Position numbers and translations under genes: made by a program. The notes beneath the pieces are model-generated. The model was not told where the DNA came from and made no database searches. It worked only from the letters and a program-made list of their open reading frames with translations. A stretch of 64,000 bases of DNA from Mantamonas sphyraenae STR306 (Eukaryota; Protista; CRuMs): positions 434,001 through 498,000 of the forward strand of contig JAPMXV010000034.1 in NCBI GenBank assembly GCA_026936335.1. Direction: 5' to 3'. Shown one piece after another: positions 51,551-64,000 of this stretch (the first letter of the stretch is position 1; each line of letters begins with the position of its first letter).

Positions 51551-54073
51551 TCACGGTTCCCACGCCTCCAAGTTGTCCACAACCTTGGTGCGCACCTTTC
51601 GTTTGCGAACCACCTGCTGGGTCATCGCATCCACGCTCTCCTGCTCGTCCACACGATGATACTTTTGCTGGTGCGAGTCCAGCTTGATCAGACCCACCCC
51701 TTCCTCGCGCTCTGGTTCCAGAAGCGTCACATTGTGGTGTGGGTTGTACAGGCGGATGCCCAGGTCGTGGAAGATTTGCATCAACTTGGAATACGTGCGT
51801 GACTGCACATCGAGACGCTTTTCCGTCTGCTGCCACGTGAACGATCCCATCACGTAGAGTTCCACCACTGCCTTGAAGCCGTCCATCTGAACAATGACCA
51901 CCTGCAGCCGCTCGTACGGGTCGTAGTCCTGCGGACGCTCGCGACACCACGCCTGCAGCGTGGGCTCAACCTTGGCAAACTGAGCCGCCGTCGTGTTGGC
52001 ATTCACCGTCACGGTCATCCACAGCCAACACGCCCCTCCTTCGTTGCCGTTGTGCAGGCGCATTTCCCGCAGCTGTTTGTTGGTGAAGCGGATGCCCTTG
52101 CCGTTCCACGTGCGGATCTCTGTCGTTTGCAGCGAGATGCGGTGCACCACACCGTGTTCGATGCCCGGAAGAAACAGGCGGTCGCCCACCACAAACGGAC
52201 GCACCAGAAGGATAAACACCAGATCCTCAAACAGGGTCGCCAGCAGGTTGCCAAACACAAACGAGCCCGACAGCACAAGCGATGAGAATCCAAGCATGAC
52301 TGTCGTCGCATCCTGTCCAAACAGAATGGCTGCCAGCACTGCCAGCAGTATCAAGGACAGGCCGTGCGCCAGTCGCTCCACTCCGAGGAAGATGGCGTCG
52401 TGGTTAGCCAGCGTGAGTGCCAGGTTGCGTCGACTCCGGTACATGTTCACCACTGCACGTTTGCACACACGTCGCGTGATCACACCGTCGCCGTGCATGT
52501 CAAACAGATCAAACGCACGCTGTGCAATCGATGGATCCTGTGCGTTTGCAAACAGACGTTCAAACACCTCCCGAGGAATAACCCCGCGCGAATGCTCGTT
52601 CGACAGTCGATCGCCCGAGATCCGATCCATGCTCTGTCCCGATGGTCTCTCCGAGTCTGATTCGCTCGATATGTCCACCTCGTGCACTTCCGGCACCGTC
52701 TTCATGCCCGGAGAAGAGCGCTGTTTTCCCAATGCTCCCGCCTGCCCGCTCAACATGGACGAGCTGGAGTTCCGTTCCATGTCATCCAACGCACTTGAGC
52801 TCACATTGCGTCGCATGCCACTGCCGTTGCCAAAGTTTGCCTTCTTGGCTGCTGCGCGGCTTTCCATTTGCCTCAGGTCGTCCAGCTCACTCTCGTTCAA
52901 CATCGTTGTACTGCGTCGAGTGAGCCTGCCCTTGGCCTTGATCTTGGGTCCGCCTGCTCTCGCCGCCGGCCTATCCGCTTCCATCATCCGTTCAATGTCC
53001 GAACTCGTTGCAGCTCGCGCGATCTCGGTCGGCGGTCGCGACGACATCCCGCCTGCATTGCGTTGGGGCACGCGAAGGAGCTGCGATCCGTTCGCCCCTT
53101 GCTGTGACGCCCCATGGTTCCCACCTGCGCCTGCACCAACGCGCTTTACCACGCGGCGACGCTGGTTGCGCCGCGTGTTGTAATGGTCGAAAATGCGATT
53201 CGAGAGCAGCACCGCCTCTTTCACCGAAGAGACATCCAGATTGTCGTCCACCAGTTGAAGCTTACGAAACTTGAGCGTTCGCATCATGTCCATAAACGTG
53301 CCCGTCGTGCGCAGCTGGTTCGTTGCCGAACGTCCGCGCTGCAGCGTGCCCAGCACTGTTTGCACAAACATGGCATCCCTCATGCGTTCATAGAACTGCT
53401 CATGGTGAAACTCGGCCGCAAACCAGCGCACGGCCACAATGATGAACACGCTCATGAGCGTGGAGGCTACAGCAAGGATCAGCAGCGGCCGCACAACCGT
53501 CAACCGTGTGCCGTTGTAACACAGCTCCCACGCCACCAGGATGCTGGTGAATGAAAAGAACTGCGAGAGGCGATCGGGTACGTACAGTGACAAGAAGTTC
53601 AGCTTGCTGCGCTTGCCTTCCAGGAGTCCGGTACGAATCAGGTCCAACACCTGCAGTGTGCCTTCCATCCAGAACGACCAGCTCAGAACCGTCGTGCCAA
53701 CAATCCACGTCCATCCATACGCGCTCGTGTTGTCCCACGTGCCCCAGTTCAGCTGCGAGTCGGCGACAAGCACGCTGCCCGCCGCAAGGAACAGGAACAC
53801 CCACAACACCCGCTTCCATCGCAATTCCGACCAGCACGACGTGTCCTCGTCATCATCCTCGTCGTCTTCCGTGTCTCGCTTACCTGCAGGTTGTGAAGTG
53901 CCCGTGGAGCCCTCGCTTGTCCTGCTTTCCGGTCCGCGTTCGCTTTCCTTCCCTTTCGCCGAATCCTGTTCCTCGGTTGCGCGGTCCAGCTGGATTTCCA
54001 GCAACTCATGTGTCACCCTCGAGCTTGGCTCCGCTTCCTCTATTGGATGGAATGGAACCTCTGGATCTTGCAT
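51551..54073 (-). CDS. MscS-like mechanosensitive channel with EF-hand (Msy/MSL type)
   Basis: AFDLFDMHGDGVIT EF-hand, NMYRSRRNLALTL, SFVFGN...FILLVRPFVVGDRL, VHRISLQTT. Confidence 0.9.
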   Translation of the reverse strand: MQDPEVPFHPIEEAEPSSRVTHELLEIQLDRATEEQDSAKGKESERGPESRTSEGSTGTSQPAGKRDTEDDEDDDEDTSCWSELRWKRVLWVFLFLAAGSVLVADSQLNWGTWDNTSAYGWTWIVGTTVLSWSFWMEGTLQVLDLIRTGLLEGKRSKLNFLSLYVPDRLSQFFSFTSILVAWELCYNGTRLTVVRPLLILAVASTLMSVFIIVAVRWFAAEFHHEQFYERMRDAMFVQTVLGTLQRGRSATNQLRTTGTFMDMMRTLKFRKLQLVDDNLDVSSVKEAVLLSNRIFDHYNTRRNQRRRVVKRVGAGAGGNHGASQQGANGSQLLRVPQRNAGGMSSRPPTEIARAATSSDIERMMEADRPAARAGGPKIKAKGRLTRRSTTMLNESELDDLRQMESRAAAKKANFGNGSGMRRNVSSSALDDMERNSSSSMLSGQAGALGKQRSSPGMKTVPEVHEVDISSESDSERPSGQSMDRISGDRLSNEHSRGVIPREVFERLFANAQDPSIAQRAFDLFDMHGDGVITRRVCKRAVVNMYRSRRNLALTLANHDAIFLGVERLAHGLSLILLAVLAAILFGQDATTVMLGFSSLVLSGSFVFGNLLATLFEDLVFILLVRPFVVGDRLFLPGIEHGVVHRISLQTTEIRTWNGKGIRFTNKQLREMRLHNGNEGGACWLWMTVTVNANTTAAQFAKVEPTLQAWCRERPQDYDPYERLQVVIVQMDGFKAVVELYVMGSFTWQQTEKRLDVQSRTYSKLMQIFHDLGIRLYNPHHNVTLLEPEREEGVGLIKLDSHQQKYHRVDEQESVDAMTQQVVRKRKVRTKVVDNLEAWEP

Positions 54074-54124
54074 GCAAATGGCTGGGCAAGCTGGGGCGGC
54101 GATTTCGAACGTGGAAGGCTTTCT

Positions 54125-57100
54125 TCATTCTCCCTCACCGTCCTGACTGCGAAGCCTGCTCACGTCCAACTCCTGCACAGACACCAGTTCGCCACTGCGC
54201 ACAGTCACCCCCATGCGCACGGCATCTGGGCGCCGCATGGGCGACGTCATCGTCGCCGCAAAGTCGAATCCCTCCGCCTCCTCGTCACCGCCATCCAACC
54301 CCAATCCTTCCGCAGAGTCGGCGCTCACCTCAAAGAACTGTGACTGCGACAAAGTGGGGTCCGTTACGTTGAGCACGTCCAACTCGTCCTGCGTCAAGTC
54401 CAACCCTTCCAGATCGATGTCCTCGTTCTCCAACACGTCGCGGTCCTCGTCCTCGTCCTGCGTTTCCTCCGGCACGTAGAGCGTGGGCACAGTGATGCCA
54501 CCAGTACCGCCGCCTGCTCCACTGCGAGACAGCGACGACGACGTCTCGCTGCTTCCGCCGGCCACGCGGGCACTCCACGCCGACCCTGCAAAACTTGTGC
54601 TCTGGCTGCTGCTTTGGCTGCGACTGTATGCGCTCGTGCTTGTGCTGCTGCTCCTGCTTCCGTGAGAGGTGCCGTCGTGCACTCCAACTTCGTCGTCGTC
54701 TCCGTCGGACTCGTCATCCTCGAATTCGTCGTCGTCGTCGTCGTCTTCCACCAGCTCTTCCACCTCTTGACTCGTTTGCATCATCTTGGCATACACTCGG
54801 TCGCCCAGGATTGACCGGATGCGATCTTCCGCGCTCATCTCACTCAGGTTGCCTGTGCTTTCGCCCAGGTCGCTGCTTGTTGTCAAATCAGTCCCCCCGT
54901 ATCCGTCCCTCCCTTCCTCGTCGCTGTCCACATCTCCTTGGTCGTCTTCCGCACCCATGTTCCACGTCGTATCGTTGCCCAGTGTCTGCAGCAGGCTGTC
55001 CAGCAGCTCATTTGTCGCGCCGCTCAGCTCCACTTCGTCCTCCGTCAACGCCTGCGACGTGTCCACCTTGCGTGCGGCCGTGCTTCGTGTCAATGTGTCC
55101 ACACTGCGTGCCGTGCGCTTCGTTGCCACCTTTTCCTCGTCCTCTGCCGCCGTCGCCGACCTGTTTCCCACGTCTCCGATAGTTCTGCTCCCCGAGTGGC
55201 TCTCCACAAAACGACGGTACCGCTTGTCCATGGCCACTTCCACCGTCTCTGTCTGCGTTGTCACCACACTTGCACCCGCACTCGGTCCCTCATCATCGTT
55301 GTCGTTGTCGCCGTCGTCGTCGTCGTCGTTGTTGTTCTCGTTGCCACTCTCAACCTCGTCTTTCTCCTCGTCCTCCCCTTTCTCCTCTTCCTCTTCCTCC
55401 TCCTCGGCAATCACTTCCTCATCAATCACGCGCCCATCGTTGGTGATTTCCTCCTCGTCCTCTTCTTGCTGTTCCTCCTCTCTGCGGGTCGCAGACTCTT
55501 CCAGGCGCGAGTGCGAGAACGAGCTCTCGTTCAGCTTGCGCGACACAAATCGAGTCCACTCGCGCTGCAACAGCGTTTGCATGCCCGAACTAGCCACCAC
55601 AGGCGCCGTGTCGTCCTTCTCGGCACGCACACTGGCTTCGCTTTCGCTTTCACTCGACTCACTCATGATGCCGCTCACCAACAATGCATCCTCCGCCTTG
55701 ATGGTCGGGATGCGTGAAATCAGGCCATCCAACGAGTTCAGAGCTGCCTGCATGCTTACTTTGACCCTGCTCAGTACAAGCGACAGGTCGCGGTCCAGCA
55801 CGCCCGTGTTGCTTGCCGCCAGTTGCACGGTGTGGATCACCACCCCGCACAGCTTCTTCACCTCGTGTACGTGGCGTGCCAGCGACATTCGGTTGTCCTC
55901 GTCACACATGGACTTGAGCACGCTGCTGCACACAAACTTGCCTGTGCGCACTAGCCTGCTCATGCTACCGGCCGCCGCTGCATTGTGGCCATCAATCACT
56001 TCCTTGTCCACGCTCACACTCTCGCCAAACGTGCCCGACGCTGCCAGCAACGACGCAAGCGGGTTCGCCAGAGACTCCACCGCCGCATGGATCGTCACCG
56101 CCAGCGTTTCGTCGCTCATCCTCGCCGCCTGTGCACGCAGCGCAATCTGAGCGTACTCATCGAACTGTTTCGACGATGCCTGCAGCATATCGGCCACACG
56201 TGCCGTGCCACGGTACCCCTCGCCACCTCCGCTGCCCTTCTTGCCGCCGCGCCGGCCCTTGCGTCGCTTTCCACCCTTCTTGCCACCCTTTCTGCGCTTG
56301 CTGCTGCTGCTTCCTGCACGCTGCATACCCTGCGGAGGCGAAAACGGAAATTCTTTCAGGTCCAAATCGCCGCCCGATTGTCCTGTGGAGCTTGTGAGTG
56401 AGTGCGACGTCGGATACGGCGACGCAGGCACCTCTGCCTGTCGTACTTCCTTGGGCGTAGCCGGAAACTCCTCTTCCGTCGCAAGGGTCTCTGTTGACGA
56501 TCGCATGCTCGTATCCAACGAGTGCATGCTGATGCCCGACGCAGGCGTACCACTGCCAGCCGCTTCTCCACCAAACCGTACTCGCGCCCCTGGACGACTC
56601 CATCCCAGCCCTTCCTCCTGCTCTTCTGCCTCTTCGCCCTCGTAAGCCTCCACGCTGGCTTTGCTCGTCTCAAAGTACTTGGACATGTCCTGTTTCTCCT
56701 GGCCATCCCACTCAGCTTCCTCTTCCTCGTTCAGAGGCACCTCCACTTCCTCCACGGGCAAAGTGGCATCCACCTCTTCCTCCTCTTCGTCTTCTTCCTC
56801 CTCTTCGTCCTGTCCGGGAGACTGAACATGGAAAAACATGGGTTTCGGGCTTGGCGACCGCACCATCGTCTCACGGTCCACAACCAACACCGAATGCTTC
56901 TCGGATGCCTCCTTGGACGTCGTGGCCCTCTCTACCACAATAGTGTCACCGTTCACCACCAGCATCGGCACACCCTCGTCGCTCACCGCTGCTTGTTGCA
57001 GTTCCTGCTCATCACGTTGCTGCTGCTGCTGCTGCTGGACAGACGCATCGTCCATGGCGGTCTCGTCCACTTTGTTCTGCTGCTGCATACGTGCTTCCTC

Positions 57101-58322
57101 CTCCTCTGCATCCATCAAACCACGCAGCTGCTTCAATTCCTTCGCCTGAGCAAAGATCTGTTTCAACTTCTCCCGATCGCTTGCACCGATGCCATCCGGA
57201 ATGTGGATGCCGTCATCGTCGCCACCACTTCCACCACTGCTACTGCCACCGCCGCCCACACTCTCTGCAACAGCATCGTATTCCCCCTCGGCCTTTGCCA
57301 CGTCATCGTCGCGCATCCCGTCGACATCACCCAAAGTGTTCAACGCCAGGAACGACGGGAATCCGCGATCCTCTGCAATGGTGGCATCTTCCAAAGGAGT
57401 CACAAAATCCTCTTCGAAATCCTCCTCCAGCATTTGCCTGCGCCTGCGTTCGTCCGTGGCATCGCGCAACTTTGTACCTCCACGCATGGCCGCCTCCACG
57501 CGGTCACGATGGGCAACCAGCTGCCTACGCACCTGCCGCTCCAGACTGTCCAGCCGCTCCAGGTCCTCCTCCAGCTGCACCTGCTCGTTGCGCTTGTGCA
57601 GCTGCTTGGCTGCCTCCTGGTACCGCTTCGATGCCTCCTTGCGACCCTTCTCCGCCCGCTTCTTGCGCGACAGCGAATCCACCTTGGAGCGCTCCGCCTC
57701 GCTGCGTGCAAGATCCATCGCACTCTTTGGTGCTCCACGCTTCTCCTCGTCCAACACAATCACAGGATGGGACCGTTTGCCCGGCACACGCACGCCACGG
57801 CTGGTTTCCACCTGCGCTGCTGCCGCCGCCACATCCACCGCGTCTGCGCCTGCTGCCATGGCCGCTGCCACAGCCGCCGCCGTGTCCTTGTGCATCACTC
57901 CGCCCACAAGCTTCGACGATTCCTTCTCTTCCACCTTGGCCGCGGTGCTCTTCCTTGGCATCGTGCCCTCCTTCTTCTGCACCTGGATGAATGGCTTGCG
58001 TCCGGCACCTGTCCCACCGCGTCGCAGTCCTCCACGTGCACCCGCTGCTGCTGCTGATCCGGGTGTCGTGCGCATTCCTGCGCCCGCGCCTGTGTTGCTG
58101 GTGTTGCTTGCGTTGCTGCCGCCACTGCTTCCTCCGCTGCCAGCCGATCCACCCACTTCGCTTTCGCTCTCGCTGTCAAATGTCTTGACCTGCGAATCTC
58201 CAAACGTTACTGAGCGGCGACGCACCCGTTCGCCCTCGCCTCCGGCCTTCATGGCTGCGGCTGTCTTGCTGTAGTGATCGGCGCTGCCGACCCCGCCAGA
58301 TCCCGAACTTTTGCTGCCTCCA

Positions 58323-58354
<32 letters not shown>

Positions 58355-59991
58355 CTCGTGGCCTCCACTGCTGCTGCTCTCGTGGCCGCTGTCCACATGC
58401 TCGCCCACCGGCACGCCATCCATTTCGTGAGCACGTGACACGCCGCTCGCATTCATGGCCATCTGCCGCGACACCTCTTCTTTGACCCGAGCGTCCATCT
58501 CCCTGCGCACCTGCTCCTCCAATGACTCTCCGGGGCGCTCCTTGGTGCTCGGGATAATCTCTCCCGTCTCCAGCTCGCCCAACACCGACGCCGTACTCAT
58601 GCCCAGGTTGCTCTTCAGATGGGCATTCGTCACGTTGCTGCTGCTTCCGCCGCTGCTGCTGCCTCCCTCGCCCTCGTCGCCCGTGTCAAAGATGTTTCCG
58701 GTTGCGTGGCGCGGACGCACGCCGCCAATGTTTGCCATCTTGCGTGCTCGGATGGCTTCGATTTCCACCATCCGCTCACGCTCCGCACGCGCTTCCGCCA
58801 GTGCCAACGCCTTGGCCTGCGTTTCCAAACGCACGTCTTCCAATTCTCTCTGGATGGCCAACGCTTCCTCCTGCGCCTCCATCTTTGCGCGTAGCTGAGC
58901 CTGCCGAAAGGCATCCAGCCCGGCCACCGCCGCCTGCTGCACCGCCTTTTCGATGCGCTCCTTCGAGTCGTTCTCCAGTTCAATGTCCTCGTGTCCACTG
59001 CGGTGCCACTCTTCGATAATCCGCTTCGCCTTGGCCTGCCCCAGCGTCTGTGCGCTCCGCAGCCGCTGCTCCAGCTTCGGCGCACGTGGTGCACGGTCCG
59101 CCACAGGATGCCGAAACCTCTGCACACTGACATCGTGGTACCGTGTGTTGCTGTACTCGTCCTTCGTGCGCACGCGTCCGCCGCTCGCCTGGAACTTGGC
59201 TTCGTGTTCCTTCAACGCCTCAAACTCCTCCTTGATCTCCTCTTCCGCCTCCTGTTTCTCACGGTATTCCTCCACCAAATGCTGCGCACGCGCACGTTCG
59301 TGCTCCTTGAGACGCCTGCGAAACTCTTTTGCCTCCAGAGCCGCGCGCTTCTGCTCAAATTCGGCTTGCTTCAGCTCGTGCATCGCCGCCTCAAACATTG
59401 CCCTTTCCTTCTTCCGATGCTTGGCCCAGCCCATGCCCGCTCGTGTCGCCTGTTGTACACTGAGCTTGTTTTGGTCGTACGCTGCGTTGTGAGCCTGTCC
59501 AATCTCACCGGCCAGTCGCTCCAGATCTGCCACCACCTGTTTCTCTTCCCGCACCCGTTTGTCGTGCCACTCCCGTTCCAACACGCCCAACAATTGCTCT
59601 TTGTGGCTTTGCTTTGCCTTCATCTCTCTGCGTCGCTGCTGCGCCGCCCACAGCTTCTCTTGCTCGCGCACCTGCAGCAGCCTGTTCAACCGCCGCTGCC
59701 GATGGTCTTCCGCAATGATGGCTGCCTCCTCGTTTGGACTCGGTCTCATGGTCCCCTTGGGCACGCGTACATCCCCTTGCGTCTCTTTGCCCGCCACCAC
59801 ACGCACCACATCCCGACGCTGTTTCTGACCCATGGCTGCCGTCGCCTGTCGGACTGTCCGCACGCGTGCCACTACACGCCGCTCACGTCGCTGCCGTCCG
59901 ATTTCAATCATTTGGCTGTGCTCACGCTCCGTAATGTACTCTTTCTCGGCCAAGTAGTCCAGCAACGCACGCTCGTGAGCCGCAAGTGCGT

Positions 59992-60034
<43 letters not shown>

Positions 60035-61273
60035 TGACATCTCACTCATACTCTCGCCACCACCAAAGTCACTCCCTTCGCCAATCTCCATCTGCAGCAG
60101 CAGCTGTTCCACCATGGTGCCCGAACCCCGAGCAGCTTCGACCGAAATCTGATTGGCAATGTCTGCCGCGCTGATGTCACGCTTCTGCAGCAACGAGTGG
60201 AACTTTGCTGCCACACTCTTTCTCTCTGCCACGCTGCTTGCTGTCTCCAATCCCGATGACGATGTGCCTCCTGCTCGCTTGCTTGCCCGTTGTGCGCGCT
60301 TGCGATCTCGCTTCCTCTGGCGTCGCGCCTCCATTCGCGCATCTCGCTCCATGTCCAGCTGCATCTGATCCAGACCCTCCATAAACATTTGAGTCGACCC
60401 GCTCACTGCTGTCATTCGATCCTATGTGTGTGTGTGTGTGTGTGGACAAAGGCGTCAGCGATGGATAGCACATTGCGCTCACCTCCTTTCCCAACGTACT
60501 GATTCAAATCCCATTGTGCTGAAACTGCCCACGGTGCCATATGTGCTGGTGGAGATGACACTGCGTGTGTCTGAATCCGAATCCATCTCCTGCCAGACGT
60601 GGCCCACCAGCATGTCGCTGGCAAAGCTCGCGTCTTCGTCGGCCTCTTCGTACAAACGCGTGGCCAGCTCGCGTTGCATGGCCATGGCTGCATCCGACGG
60701 CAGCGTACCACGTTGGTATCGGATGGTGCTCTGTGTGCCCCGTGTGTTCCACCCGTGTTCCGTGCTCCCGTGTTAGGCCTCTCGACAAACATGAACCAGG
60801 GCTGCGCGCCAAAATCCGTCCCACTCCACGCAAACGCACAGCAAAGTCTTTCCCGTACGCCCCTGCGCCTGTCTTGCCCGGCGGCATGTCCAATGCCAGG
60901 GGTCTTCTGTATGTGCCGTCCGTCACCGCTGCCGTGTTGGCCATTTCTCGCTCCAGCTGTGCTCCGTGTCAGCTTCCCACCCGTTTTTTGGCGCGCTTCT
61001 CCCACGTTTCCCGGCCGCTGACAAGGCCATGCACTCCTGCCATCCACATGTCTACAATGTCCCATCATCCCTTGCACCCCTTACCTGCTGGTTGCTGTAT
61101 GTGTTCTCGCCGCTGATCATGCCAATGGGCGTCTTTGCTTGCACTTTGACGATCCTCTCCAGTTCGCGTTCGCGGTACGCCTGCGCTTGTTGCAGCTCTG
61201 CCCCAGTCAGCTCACGCAGCACCTCGCTGTCCCTTTCATCTTCATCGCCACCTGACGAATTATGCCCACTCAT
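54125..61273 (-). CDS. Large coiled-coil/disordered protein with CEP295/Ana1-like domain; three 5' introns
   Basis: RPSPNEEAAIIAEDHRQRRLNRLLQVREQEK...IGQAHNAA; upstream exons splice in frame (TTTGAATCA|gtacgt...tag|GATCGAATG). Confidence 0.7.
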
Positions 61274-61332
61274 GTTGCAGAATCAGCCCTGCACCAGCGA
61301 ATTTGTTTGTTTCGGTTGTAGCAGGTGTTCAT

Positions 61333-64000
61333 TCATTCCATTGTCCTGCCGTCAAACTGGATCACATCGGTGGGATACGTGATGCTGTCGAGCTGTTCCA
61401 AGTCTTCGATGACGTCGTTGCCTTGGTGTTCGTCGATGAAGCGCAACACATTCAAACTCAGATGTCTGCTGCTGCGGCTGTGCTTGCGCAGACTGTCCAG
61501 ACCGAACAGCTCTCGCTCCACAATCATGTTGCAAATGTGTTTGCAGGCACGTTCGTCAAACAGAGCCAAGCCAAAGTGCAGCTCCGTGATGCACCACTCT
61601 GTGCGTCCGTTGACCTGCAGTTTGCAAAAGGACATGTAGCCCACGCTGTTGTCCAGTCCCAGCTTTTCCTGCACCCGTTGTGCCACAGGATGTGTGTGCA
61701 TGTTTTCGGCTGTGTATGCATCTTCGTCAAGGGGACTGCCGGCGACGTCGTGCCCAGCTCCCTCATCCTCTTCCAGGGCTGTGCTGTCCACGCGAGCAAA
61801 AGGGAACGCCACATCAATGCGTTCCTCCGTCTCACTGTCGTTGGGGCTGTAGTATGAGTACGCCTGCACCATAACGGGCGAGCTCAACAGCAGATCGTTC
61901 AAGTTCTCCAGCAGCTGCGTCATCTTGACCACAAGCGGGTCATGAGACCAGCTGTACAGCTTGAGCTGCTCAAATCCTTTGAGTTGTGTGGGCACTTCGT
62001 TGATGCGCGTGCCCATAGGATACAAGATGGACGGCGGCCCGCTCCCACACGTCTCGTACAAGTACAGCTTGAACCACGCCGACGTGATTTCTGGAATCGG
62101 AGGTCCAAAGTGGTATGGTTGACAGCATGTGATGGTCTGCGTCTCCATCGTGATGGGTGCCATGCTGATCAGGATGGAGTACTTGGAATTCAGCACACGC
62201 AAGCGCGTCAGCTGGTCCAGCGTGTTCAGTGACTCGCAACGGATCATGTCCACGCCACCGTCGCTGTCATGCACAGCCACCTCTGAGTTGCGCCTCAGGA
62301 AGCGCAGCGTGTCTCGCAGCACCACTGCGTGTTCAAAGTAACGTTTTGCTTCCCCCTCAGCAATCGCCTCCACATTGTCAAGCTCTCCCAAGAACGAGTC
62401 CAACGACTCGTCTGCAAGTTTGCCCACCTCAAACATCGTCACTGCATGACTTTTCAGTCCCTGCGACAGGTTGCCCATCATCAGGAACGCCGTCAGCGTG
62501 CTGTCAAAGAAGAACCCGATGCGCTTGCTGTGCGGCGAATCGTTCAGTTCGCTGGCCAGCGCCGACGACGAAGGAGACGATGAAGCTGATGAAGACGAGT
62601 CGACTCGCGCTGTGCGTTCCTTGCCTGCGCCAGGGATGTCGTTGTGGCTGTATGCGCTCTCCTCCTTGATCACGACAGTGCGTCCGATCCACGACGAATG
62701 CCACCTGTCCACAACAGACGCATCCACCAGATTTTCCGGATCCAAATCCTCCAGATTTTCACCCACGTTCTTCTTGTAGGCAAATCCCAGGCGTACATAC
62801 AGCGACACGGCGTTCTGCACCAACGCCATGTCTGTTTCCAGTACCGACGCAAGCTCGGCGATGGGCGTGCGTTCGTCCAGCGACACAAACAACTTGTAAA
62901 GCAGCTTTTCCAGCGGGTCACCGCCCACACGGTTCATCACAAAGCCCTCCAGGGGCGGCACTGCGCGCAGAGGTGTTCAGGTGGTGTCAGCATTCGTGGC
63001 ATCAGATTGGGAAGCAATGCGCGTTTTGCTTCAACGCAGTTATACACACAATTGCACATCCAGGGAGAACGGGGAGAGTGCTGCACGTACCGACAAAGCA
63101 GTCGTCGCCGTCAATGGGAATGTCGAGGAAAATGAGGCCCTTTCTGTACAGGGAGTGGACCACACGGTGTTCAAAGGTGCCTGCTGCGCGTGGACCTCCA
63201 TCAATGAGGGCGTCGATAACTTCCTTCTCTGCGCGTGTGCACGCTTTGACGTCCTCCTCGGTGACAAACCCGATGTTGACAATCCACCAGTGGTAGATGG
63301 GCACTGCAGCGACCACTGTGGGCAGCAACGACTTGTTCACGCTGCGTTTCTTCTTCCACACTTGCCATGATTTGGACGCCCGTGCGTTGTTCATGATTTC
63401 AATGTACTGGTTGCGGCCGATCTTCAGCAAACGCAAGCCTGCGAACAACAGAGTGAGCAACCATCCTATCCGCACACCCACTCATTCCCTGTCTGCACAA
63501 ACACCGCCTTGTTGGCTGGGTACGTGCTCATCACCTACAGTCGGCGGCCGTAAAGTTGGGTAGCGAGTCGTAAGAGCGTTCTGTGCACGGCGGCAAACGG
63601 AGGGTCAGCGATTCGAAGCGAGGCAGCTTTCCTTCGCGCTCGACACACCTTCTTTCATGATGTCCATCATCATGTCCATGTAGTACTTGAAGGGCGTGAT
63701 GCGCAGTCCTCGCACAACCACGTCTGCGAGATGGTACGGGTACAGCTATGCCGCGTGGGGTGCGTGTGAGGTGAGAGGGGAAACACACAACGCGGGCTCT
63801 CACACTCTGCACCTACCATCAAATGCGTGCGTGAATGCTCCATTAGCTGCTGGTAGTATGTGCGCTCGTCTGGAATGATGTCTTTGATCACGTTGTCTGC
63901 CCACCGAACCTGGTTTTCCAACGAGAACTGATGCACAAGTCCCGTCCACGTCTCACGAGAGTTTCCCATGGCCTGACGCACATTCGACGGCAGATTCTGC
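61333..64000 (-). CDS. FAM91A1: FAM91A1 (5' end beyond window); multi-exon
   Basis: SYDSLPNFTAADC, IGRNQYI, PPLEGFVMNRV, KRIGFFFDSTLTAFLMMGNLS..LKSHAVTMFEVGKL. Confidence 0.95.

Noticed and set aside
60412-61273. Separate small genes with overlapping ATGA upstream of the 2096-aa ORF
   Set aside because: They splice in frame through canonical introns into the same gene

Overview
Very gene-dense, GC-rich eukaryotic DNA, probably from a flagellated protist (CFAP119, MAK and CEP295-like genes). It has short GT-AG introns with a GCTGAC-type branch point and intergenic gaps often under 150 bp. About 30 host genes can be called, including ASCC3, RPS9, ATXN3, TRMT11, NIT2, SDHAF4, SUDS3, NIP7, HMGCS, ATG1/ULK, RNF220, NAGK, MAK, CFAP119, ANAPC4, an MscS channel and FAM91A1. 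The outstanding feature is a 6,146-bp intronless insertion (13941-20086) in the convergent spacer between ATXN3 and TRMT11. It is flanked by TA on both sides and has short imperfect terminal inverted repeats (CAGGCG..TTTTCA / TGAAAA..CGCCTG). It encodes one 1,881-aa protein whose C-terminus is a Fanzor1/TnpB-type RuvC nuclease with an intact D-E-D triad. The N-terminus carries what looks like a Ulp1/adenain-type (clan CE) cysteine protease plus an HTH. A nested RNA structure overlaps the ORF end and runs to the right terminus, where an omega-RNA would be expected. Together this suggests a giant protease-fused Fanzor RNA-guided system on a non-autonomous transposon. All homology calls come from motif recognition by eye; no searches were run. 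Five host genes show 1-2 nt frameshifts, probably assembly errors.
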